Shown piece after piece: positions 53,737 to 60,442 of a stretch of DNA of 60,442 nucleotides (position 1 is the first letter of the stretch; each line of letters begins with the position of its first letter). A model generated the notes under the pieces. That model worked only from the letters and a program-made list of their open reading frames with translations, did no database searches and was not told where the DNA came from. The position numbers and the translations under genes are program-made. The DNA is taken from positions 1-60,442 of the forward strand of contig CAIOGI010000003.1 of NCBI GenBank assembly GCA_903857825.1, read 5' to 3'. The DNA is from Candidatus Tayloriibacteriota bacterium (GTDB lineage: Bacteria; Patescibacteriota; Minisyncoccia; Phycocordibacterales; PALSA-1337).

Positions 53737-53871
53737 AAAATTGGATTCGTCGACTTGCACCACAGGGGTACTTCTTGTTTGATAAATCAAACAATGTCGC
53801 GCTCGGAGGCTCCTCTTTTTTTCACAAGTTCAAAAAAGTAGGACCTCCTCACCGTGCCGAATCTCAATTTT
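53737..53871 (-). repeat. Type-A nested-hairpin element, copy 3 (orientation I)
   Basis: Reverse complement of copy 1 with a few substitutions. These include a compensated pair in the outer stem (GATTCG/CGAATC versus GACTCG/CGAGTC). Confidence 0.85.
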
Positions 53872-53892
53872 GTTATACAGATGTACTTTGTC

Positions 53893-54029
53893 GGCTATAA
53901 GAGTATCAAGCCTAGTAAAATTACTAGGTGGGTGATCTCAATGCTAATACCAAGGTACAGCATAATTTGAAGTGCGAAACTTCGTCGATCTCCCAGTTAA
54001 AAAGTTATAGATTTAATACTCTTATAACC
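53893..54029 (-). ncRNA. Candidate structured small RNA (four or more helices), family unknown
   Basis: A 14-bp closing stem (54029-54016 with 53906-53893) encloses GGGAGATC/GATCACCC, GAAGT/ACTTC, TGCT/AGCA and CCTAGTA/TACTAGG helices. G-U pairs exist only on the minus strand. A TATAAT box (54041-54036) ends 6 nt before the first stem base. A type-A element follows 22 nt downstream. Confidence 0.45.
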
Positions 54030-54035
54030 TATTCA

Positions 54036-54041
54036 ATTATA
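54036..54041 (-). promoter_or_regulatory. -10 box (TATAAT) positioned for a transcript starting at the sRNA candidate's closing stem
   Basis: The minus strand reads TATAAT-tgaata-GGTTATAAGAGTAT. There is only a weak TTGTAT -35 box 16 nt upstream. Confidence 0.35.
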
Positions 54042-54083
54042 TTACTATGTCAGACGAATACAATAGCAAAAACACTTCAGACA

Positions 54084-54701
54084 TTATTCTAGAATTCCGT
54101 CCAGATTGACATCGTACAAAATCTTCTCCTGCACATGATTATATTTTATTATCTCATTATTATTAAACCAGTGCTTTATCTCATCATTTGCCTCTTTTAC
54201 TGATCCAGATGCGTGAACTAAGTTTCTTACTGCTCTTCCATCCTCATCGGTCATCTTATATGAATCAAGGACGAAGTCTCCACGAATAGTTCCAACATCT
54301 GACATGAGCGGTTCAGTCCCTCCAGTGATTTTTCTCACAATAGCGACAGCATGCGCCCCTTCCCATATCATAACGATCACTGGCCCGCTCGTCATGTATT
54401 TACAATTATTTGCCAGTATTTTCTTGGTGATATCTAAAGGATTTTCTGATGGTGGGACTAGACCCTTATCATGATAGCCTTTTATAGTTTTCTCACCTGT
54501 TATTCTTCTCCACTCTGGATCTAAAGTGTAATGTTTCTCTATAAGATCAGAAGTAGGCACCATCATTTTCATAGCCACAAGCTTCAAGCCAACACGTTCA
54601 TATCTCCCTATTATTTCGCCCATCAGGCTTCGTTGAATTCCATCTGGTTTTATAATAACTAGGGTTTGCTCGTACTTTGGGTGTGTTGTTTTGTTTTTCA
54701 T
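54084..54701 (-). CDS. ndk: Nucleoside diphosphate kinase (long form)
   Basis: QTLVIIKPDGIQRSLMGEIIGRYERVGLKLVAMKMM and catalytic NLVHASGS. Confidence 0.85.
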   Translation of the reverse strand: MKNKTTHPKYEQTLVIIKPDGIQRSLMGEIIGRYERVGLKLVAMKMMVPTSDLIEKHYTLDPEWRRITGEKTIKGYHDKGLVPPSENPLDITKKILANNCKYMTSGPVIVMIWEGAHAVAIVRKITGGTEPLMSDVGTIRGDFVLDSYKMTDEDGRAVRNLVHASGSVKEANDEIKHWFNNNEIIKYNHVQEKILYDVNLDGILE

Positions 54702-54705
54702 TTTA

Positions 54706-57507
54706 TTATATTAGTTTTTCTTTTGATATTACAGGTTCTGGTTTTTTATACTTACTCATTATTTCTGCTTCTACTATTGTTCTATCCTTTCCATATTTTA
54801 AGTATGATAGTTGTTTTACTGGATCAACGATAGCCTTCTCACCCTTTGGAGGTGGCAGAGTCTCTATATTGAAGGGCTTTACTGGACGACCATTGGCTAG
54901 GATTTTTAGATATGCATTGTAATTGTCTATAGACATTATATCCTTTGCTGTAAACACTGGTGAGAATTGCTTTTCTAAATATTCAGCATCTTCTGCCCCG
55001 ACACGGAATGCAGCGATAGAGCCGACGTTTCCAAATACAGAATCACGAATACCTTCCTCGAGCTGTGCTATGAACTGATGAGCAATATTTAATGAAAGCT
55101 TATACTTTCTAGCTTCAGAAAGAATAGTTGAAATAGAATCAGTCGTAATGTTTTGGAACTCATCAATATAAAGATAGAATGGTGGTAAATTTTGACCAAT
55201 AGAATCAACTCGAGACAAAGCTGCCATCAAAATCTTTCCTACAAGGATAAGACCGATAAGATTCGCATTGATATCACCAAGTCTTCCCTTTGAAAGATTT
55301 ACTAGAAGTATCTTCTTTGTATCCATTATTTCACGAAAATTTATCGTTGATGTTTCTTGAGCGATAATAGGCCTCATAATATCGTTTGAAAGAAACACAT
55401 CAAATTTACTGGTTATGTAAGGAACTATATTGGCCAGAGATGCTTCTCCACCAGCCTTTTCAGCTACTTCTTTCCAAAATTGAACAACTATGGGATTCTT
55501 ACACTTTGAAATCTTTAACTCTCTAAATGTTTTATTTGCAAGCACACGCGAAACATCCAAAAGAGTATTTCCTGTTTCAGGGTCCTCCATAACAAGCAAT
55601 ACAGCATTTCTGAAATATTGTTCAAACATAGGACCTCCTGCAGTTTTCATATCAAAAAGCTTATTGAAAATAGAGAGCATTTCATTAACCACGAATGTTT
55701 TCTGCTCAGGATATCTTCTATCATATTCGAGCATGTTTAATGCCATTGGTCTCTCAGTATAGCTAGGGTCAAAATATATAACATCCTCATATCTATTTTG
55801 GGGGATAAGTGAAAGAATGTCTTGAATATCAGAACCATGAGGATCGATCATACATACACCTTCTCCATTTGCTATATCTTGTGCAATCATATTCTTTAGA
55901 ATAGTTGTCTTACCAGTACCTGTCTGTCCGATAACATAGAAGTGGCGCAGACGATCTTCCGGCGTCATAAAGACCTTTGTCTCTGTTCCTCGGTCTTTGT
56001 TTACTCCTAACAATACTCCATTTTTTGGTAACTCTAGAGGCGCTGGAGCACTTCCAGACTTTGCAATCTTTAGATGCGGAGCTGAACGAATAACACTAGA
56101 TGGAAAATGCATTAGCCCTGTGAGCTCTTTTAAGTTTGCTAAAATACGTTTATTTTCATCAAAGAGCCTAAATGAAAAACTATATTCCAATTCCTTTAGC
56201 TCAGTTTTTTCAACTCTCTTAAATTCCAAATTATTGCCATGAGTATTTTCAAATTGATTGAATGAGGATTCAATATCAGATAGTATTTGTTCTGCAGTCG
56301 CTTCATCTTCTGCTGAAGTAATAATTCTAATATTTGTAGCTACAATAGGTGATATAATTTTTTCTTTTATCGCATCGACAGAAATCTGATCGACTTGTGA
56401 TGCAGCTTCTTTCTTTTTTTCTTTTTGCTTTTCCTTATCCTCTTTTGTCATCATTAAACTAGATATTCCATTTATAAATCCATCTACATATTTAAAAACG
56501 CCTTCACTATTTTTTGATATGGCATCAGATATTTTTTCTCCTTTCAAAATATCATCTAGTGTCTTTTTAAATCTTTTTGTATGGGAACTTCCTTGTGGTT
56601 TTATCAAAATCTGTATAGATGCACCTTCACCGTGTGTCTTTATTTTAGAAAAACTATTCAATAATGAATTAATAGGATCAAAATCAAATTTATCATAAGT
56701 TTTCAATGGCCATATTGAATCTTTACTGTACTTTGCATATGAAGCAGTTGTAATACCCTTTTCATTAAAAATATTGTAGTCATCCTTCTTTTCTGTAATC
56801 TTTGCATTATGAAATGAGGACAATATCTGCTTTTCAAAAAGACTTTTCTTACTATCATGTATTGATACATAAAAAGTAAATTCATCACTATGATTTGCTA
56901 CAGCAAGTTCTATTGAAAAGTATTTTGTATTGTCGTCTTCACCGTCCTCAACCGACATCATTCCAGAATAGAACTGCTCCATAGCAGACAACATTTCTTT
57001 TAATGCACGCTCTTTACTTTCATCTGTTTTTTCTGGCAGGGTTACTTCGAATAGAGTCATGTGTAATGCTTTGAACTCTGGACTTTTCTCAGATAGTCCT
57101 TGAACTGGAAACCCTGATTTTATGTATTGAACTAAAAATCTTTCAAAGTCATCCTGTATATGTGGATCATTCATTTTTTCAATAATACTCAAAACATTCT
57201 TTATTCCCTGTGTCTGCATAATACCTAGCAATTCAGAGATTTTATTGTCATGCTCCTCTGGTGTAAGCTGTAGAACTATTTCCTCTGCCTTTTTAACAGG
57301 CATGACATAATCCTTATGAAGGATTTGAGCCGCTTGAATTTGTTTGTATTCATTTATTGTTTCCTTATGAATTTCTTCTGGTTTCTTTTCTATCTTCAGA
57401 GAAGCAACCTCTCTCTCTTTCTGCGCCAGCTGTTCCCGTAGAAAATTCAACTCTTCCTCTGGTGATTTTAATGACTTTGATTCAAATGAAGGGGTGGTGA
57501 TTTCCAT
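54706..57507 (-). CDS. VirD4/TraD-like P-loop NTPase, long paralogue with ~500-aa N-terminal extension
   Basis: HFYVIGQTGTGKTTILKNMIAQDIANGEGVCMIDPHG, YLYIDEFQ and LSEARKYKLSLNIAHQF. The C-terminal ~430 aa align with 17993..19909. Confidence 0.55.
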   Translation of the reverse strand: MEITTPSFESKSLKSPEEELNFLREQLAQKEREVASLKIEKKPEEIHKETINEYKQIQAAQILHKDYVMPVKKAEEIVLQLTPEEHDNKISELLGIMQTQGIKNVLSIIEKMNDPHIQDDFERFLVQYIKSGFPVQGLSEKSPEFKALHMTLFEVTLPEKTDESKERALKEMLSAMEQFYSGMMSVEDGEDDNTKYFSIELAVANHSDEFTFYVSIHDSKKSLFEKQILSSFHNAKITEKKDDYNIFNEKGITTASYAKYSKDSIWPLKTYDKFDFDPINSLLNSFSKIKTHGEGASIQILIKPQGSSHTKRFKKTLDDILKGEKISDAISKNSEGVFKYVDGFINGISSLMMTKEDKEKQKEKKKEAASQVDQISVDAIKEKIISPIVATNIRIITSAEDEATAEQILSDIESSFNQFENTHGNNLEFKRVEKTELKELEYSFSFRLFDENKRILANLKELTGLMHFPSSVIRSAPHLKIAKSGSAPAPLELPKNGVLLGVNKDRGTETKVFMTPEDRLRHFYVIGQTGTGKTTILKNMIAQDIANGEGVCMIDPHGSDIQDILSLIPQNRYEDVIYFDPSYTERPMALNMLEYDRRYPEQKTFVVNEMLSIFNKLFDMKTAGGPMFEQYFRNAVLLVMEDPETGNTLLDVSRVLANKTFRELKISKCKNPIVVQFWKEVAEKAGGEASLANIVPYITSKFDVFLSNDIMRPIIAQETSTINFREIMDTKKILLVNLSKGRLGDINANLIGLILVGKILMAALSRVDSIGQNLPPFYLYIDEFQNITTDSISTILSEARKYKLSLNIAHQFIAQLEEGIRDSVFGNVGSIAAFRVGAEDAEYLEKQFSPVFTAKDIMSIDNYNAYLKILANGRPVKPFNIETLPPPKGEKAIVDPVKQLSYLKYGKDRTIVEAEIMSKYKKPEPVISKEKLI

Positions 57508-57529
57508 AATGGATATATAATATCATATT

Positions 57530-58672
57530 TTAGGCAGATAAATGTTCTACTATGTTTTCTTTATTTATACATTCGAAGCTAGCCTTTTGATACATCTCCA
57601 TCCAGGGCCTTGGTGCACTAACTGCTTCTTTCCATTTGCATTCGAATGCTTTTATTTCCTCACCTATAACTTCTACAAAATCAACTTCACTTCCACCTCG
57701 GCTCTTCCAGAAATGTATTTCGCTTTTTTTACCTGAATATTCCCTCTCCTTAACCTTTTCAGCTATAAAGAAGTTTTCAAAAATCGCACCTTTGTCCGGT
57801 CTTAATTCCATGGGGTCTATATTATTTATAACAGCATTTCTTATTCCTACATCATAGAAATATATTTTATGGCTTTTATTTATCTCTTTAGTTTTATTTG
57901 TATAAAGTGGAGTCAATCGAAATATAATAAAGGCTTGCTCTAGCAAATTTATATAATTAAGTACAGTATCTCTACTTATTCCAACTTCATTGGCTAATTC
58001 ACTATATGAAATTTCACTTCCAATACGCAAAGCTATAAGTTTTATCAATTTTTCGAAAGCAAATGAATTTCTTATATCTCCAAACATAAACAAATCCTTA
58101 AATAAATAGTCTCCGGCTAACTCCTTTATGAGTAAAGCTTTTTCTTCTCTTGATTCTGTAGCTACAATTTTCGGATACATACCAAAAGTCATATAAGTAT
58201 CGAGTTCTTTTTTTATATTTATATTTCCATATGTATCCACTAATTCTTTTATAGAAAGCGGGTATAGGTAAAATTTACGATTTCTTCCAGTAAGTGGCTC
58301 GCTGAGTTTATTCGCCAGTTCAAAAGAAGAAGATCCTGATGCAATCACCTTTACGTCTTTAACATTATCAGCTATTAATTTTAATGTAATTCCTATATCT
58401 TTTATTCTCTGTGCCTCATCAATAACTATAAGTTCATAACCGGACACTAAAGCAGAAAGTTCGTCTGCAGATCTATGTTCAAGGAGTAAAGCATCCTTTG
58501 GATCATCTCCCTGTAAATACAATGTTTTTTTAAATTCTTGTAATACAGTTTTGATAAGAGTGGTTTTCCCAACTTGGCGAGCACCATAAAGAACCAAGAT
58601 CGGCTTCTTACCTATATTATCTAATAAATGTCTATATATTGTTCTATTGTAATTCATGGATATAGTATACAA
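57530..58672 (-). CDS. AAA-family ATPase with DUF4143-type C-terminal domain
   Basis: ILVLYGARQVGKTTL (Walker A), LIVIDEAQ (Walker B), winged-helix-like middle region and a restriction-endonuclease-like tail (EVDFV). Confidence 0.6.
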   Translation of the reverse strand: MYTISMNYNRTIYRHLLDNIGKKPILVLYGARQVGKTTLIKTVLQEFKKTLYLQGDDPKDALLLEHRSADELSALVSGYELIVIDEAQRIKDIGITLKLIADNVKDVKVIASGSSSFELANKLSEPLTGRNRKFYLYPLSIKELVDTYGNINIKKELDTYMTFGMYPKIVATESREEKALLIKELAGDYLFKDLFMFGDIRNSFAFEKLIKLIALRIGSEISYSELANEVGISRDTVLNYINLLEQAFIIFRLTPLYTNKTKEINKSHKIYFYDVGIRNAVINNIDPMELRPDKGAIFENFFIAEKVKEREYSGKKSEIHFWKSRGGSEVDFVEVIGEEIKAFECKWKEAVSAPRPWMEMYQKASFECINKENIVEHLSA

Positions 58673-58740
58673 TATAAGTACTTAAAATAGCAAGTATACC
58701 CGCATATTGTGGATAACTTGGGTAATTGAACTAGTAAATA

Positions 58741-58757
58741 GCCCCCCCAGGGGGGGC
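58741..58757. other. G-C7-A-G7-C homopolymer hairpin
   Basis: GCCCCCCCAGGGGGGGC lies between map and the AAA ATPase gene. It is the only long G/C homopolymer run seen in the window and could act as the map terminator. Confidence 0.5.
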
Positions 58758-58762
58758 AAAAA

Positions 58763-59533
58763 TTATATTTTCGTCAAAATCTCCGACTCCCCTTTCGTTA
58801 TCACCACAGTATGCTCAAAGTGAGCACTTGGCTTTCCATCTCTTGTTCTATATGTCCAATTATCTGAATCTAGTACGACATGGCGACTACCGATATTAAA
58901 CATCGGCTCTATGGCTATTACCATACCAGGTCTCAGACCATCTCCTTTTCCTGCTTGACCAAAGTTTGGTACAAAAGGATCCTCATGAACATCATAGCCA
59001 ACACCATGACCTGCAAGTTCCTCGACAACACCATACCCTTTGGCTATAGCCATTCTCTCTATTGCAACACCGATGTCACCAGTTGTTTTACCCCCTTTCG
59101 CAGCCCTTATACCCGCCATTAGCGCCTTTTCTGTAACTTCAAGTAGTGTTTCAAGCTCCTTTGATATTTTACCAACACCGACCGTTATGGCAGCATCAGT
59201 TATTAGGCCTTTATGAATAAGCCCAAGATCTAAGCAGACAATATCTCCCTCTTTTAAAATCTTTTCTTTTTCATTTGGAATACCATGGACAACTTCGTCA
59301 TTCATAGAGACACAAAGACTTGCAGGAAAAGGGCGAACAGCCCCGGATGGCTGATAATTTAAAAAGGCTGATGTGTCGCCACCCTCAGTTATAAGTCTGC
59401 GGCTTTCTTCTTCAAGTGCTTTAGTAGAAACACCTGGCCTTACCATTGCTCTAAGAGCCAAAAGAATCTCAGCATGTCGCTTCCCTCCTTCTCTTAGTAT
59501 CTGTATATCTTCTTTTGACTTTATTTTTATCAT
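58763..59533 (-). CDS. map: Type I methionine aminopeptidase
   Basis: VHGIPN, DLGLIHKG, GHGVGYDVHEDP, EPMF and FEHTVVIT. Confidence 0.9.
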   Translation of the reverse strand: MIKIKSKEDIQILREGGKRHAEILLALRAMVRPGVSTKALEEESRRLITEGGDTSAFLNYQPSGAVRPFPASLCVSMNDEVVHGIPNEKEKILKEGDIVCLDLGLIHKGLITDAAITVGVGKISKELETLLEVTEKALMAGIRAAKGGKTTGDIGVAIERMAIAKGYGVVEELAGHGVGYDVHEDPFVPNFGQAGKGDGLRPGMVIAIEPMFNIGSRHVVLDSDNWTYRTRDGKPSAHFEHTVVITKGESEILTKI

Positions 59534-59547
59534 TGTATTTTCTCTGT

Positions 59548-59687
59548 AAAATTGAGGCTCGCCTGCTTGCGCGACATAGTTTGCTTTAGCAAACTACTAG
59601 TACCCTTGTGGTGCTCGGGAGCACTTTATTTTTATACGCATGCTAGTAAAAATAAAGTCCCCCCTCACCGCGTCGAGTCTCAATTTT
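59548..59687 (-). repeat. Type-A nested-hairpin element, copy 4 (orientation II, alternative H1 hairpin)
   Basis: The minus strand reads TAAAATTGAGACTCGACGCGGTGAGG..., and its first TAA is the adk stop codon. H1 is replaced by GGGGGGACTTTATTTTTA/TAAAAATAAAGTGCTCCC. The H2 module is identical to copy 2. Confidence 0.85.
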
Positions 59688-60270
59688 ACAATTTACTAAT
59701 TATCTCATTATGAATCTCCTCGATACCTCTCTCTCCATTTATCTGAACAAACTTGTATCTCGGATTATTCTTATAATACTCAATGGTTGGGACTACGTCT
59801 GTGTTGTACCATGCTAGTCTCTTTGCAATATCCTCACTCTTATCATCCATACGATGTCTTGCCTCTAGTCTTTCTGTTGCCCATTTTTCACTTACATCAA
59901 TGTTTATGACCACAGGATGCTCTAAACTATAAAAACCAAAAGTAGAATCGAGAACTCCTGCTTCATGCCTCCTACGAGGGGCGCCATCAAAAATTAAATG
60001 CTTTTTTTCAGTGTAATTCTTTATCAAAACATTGATCCACATATAAACAGACAGAAATTCTGGTTGAAGTTTGTCGGCTGCGTATAGAGCATTTGAAAGC
60101 TTCTGTGTAGCAGAATCACCTTTTATAAACTCACGAAACTCAGCACCACTTGTAATATACAAAGTGTCTCTTTCTGGATCTATTTCTTTTAAATACTTAG
60201 CTATCAGCGCTCCTTGTGTACCCTTTCCACAACCCGAGCGACCAATTAATATGAAGGTTTTTTGATTCAT
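59686..60270 (-). CDS. adk: Adenylate kinase (short, lid-less type)
   Basis: P-loop GRSGCGKGTQ. 194 aa, in adk-map order. Confidence 0.75.
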   Translation of the reverse strand: MNQKTFILIGRSGCGKGTQGALIAKYLKEIDPERDTLYITSGAEFREFIKGDSATQKLSNALYAADKLQPEFLSVYMWINVLIKNYTEKKHLIFDGAPRRRHEAGVLDSTFGFYSLEHPVVINIDVSEKWATERLEARHRMDDKSEDIAKRLAWYNTDVVPTIEYYKNNPRYKFVQINGERGIEEIHNEIISKL

Positions 60271-60328
60271 GGTGAAAGTATATCAAAATTTGTTACTTTC
60301 TACCAAATAGTCACTCTAAATGCAACAG

Positions 60329-60442
60329 TTACGATTTGGTAAATAGTGATGTTGGCGATTTGAAATTAAGACGTTTTCGTTCACGAGAATTGAGACGACG
60401 AACAACATGTTGTAATTCTTTTTCAGTGATGAGGTTAAAATC
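60329..60442 (-). mobile_element. 3' end of an IS30-family transposase gene (truncated by the window edge)
   Basis: The minus-strand translation DFNLITEKELQHVVRRLNSRERKRLNFKSPTSLFTKS* matches the IS30 C-terminal signature LNxRPRKxLxxxTP..F. It is not in the ORF track because it is shorter than 60 aa. Confidence 0.55.

Noticed and set aside
53893-54029. Possible TPP riboswitch (UGAGAUCACCC resembles CUGAGA...ACCC)
   Set aside because: The GAUC of the motif is paired here rather than forming the junction. The conserved pyrophosphate-sensor half (CCUGAUCUGGAUAAUGCCAGCG..AGGGAA) is absent, and no thiamine-related gene is recognisable downstream.
1-60442. Alternative genetic code (UGA read as an amino acid, as in some CPR lineages)
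   Set aside because: Long uninterrupted ORFs with full-length family matches are obtained with the standard code, and smpB ends at a UGA at its expected C-terminus (…EFKDR). There is no sign of in-frame UGA inside conserved genes.

Overview
This is an AT-rich (roughly one-third GC by eye) bacterial chromosomal segment. It uses the standard genetic code: UGA terminates smpB. The gene content fits a reduced-genome Patescibacteria/CPR-like organism, but that placement is only an inference. All product calls come from motif recognition in the supplied translations; no database search was run. Housekeeping genes: rnj, ftsH, smpB plus tmRNA, infC-rpmI-rplT, pyk, ndk, map, adk, rsmI and radC. Murein genes: mraY, a MurC/Mpl-type ligase and murD. 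Other content: a ~12 kb ABC-transporter-dependent glycan cluster (Wzm/Wzt, several glycosyltransferases including GT11, three methyltransferases, an O-antigen-ligase-like TPR protein), a TetR-MFP-RND operon, a 1073-aa surface protein, two VirD4/TraD-like ATPase paralogues, a DinJ/YafQ-type TA pair, a tRNA-Ile with anticodon UAU, and an IS30 transposase fragment at the right edge. The most unusual signal is non-coding. A family of modular nested-hairpin elements (five type-A copies plus five related type-B units) starts at stop codons and always lies sense to the upstream gene. Its stems show compensatory changes, and one inner 46-nt module occurs in both orientations. Other notable items are a ~137-nt multi-helix sRNA candidate with its own -10 box, a GC-rich structured RNA (possibly RNase P RNA), a 120-nt nested hairpin between smpB and ssrA, an apparent lack of Shine-Dalgarno sites with -10 boxes placed 6-8 nt before several start codons, and a LysW-like carrier protein, ATP-grasp, Ate/Bpt-like and PLP enzyme set interleaved with the mur genes.
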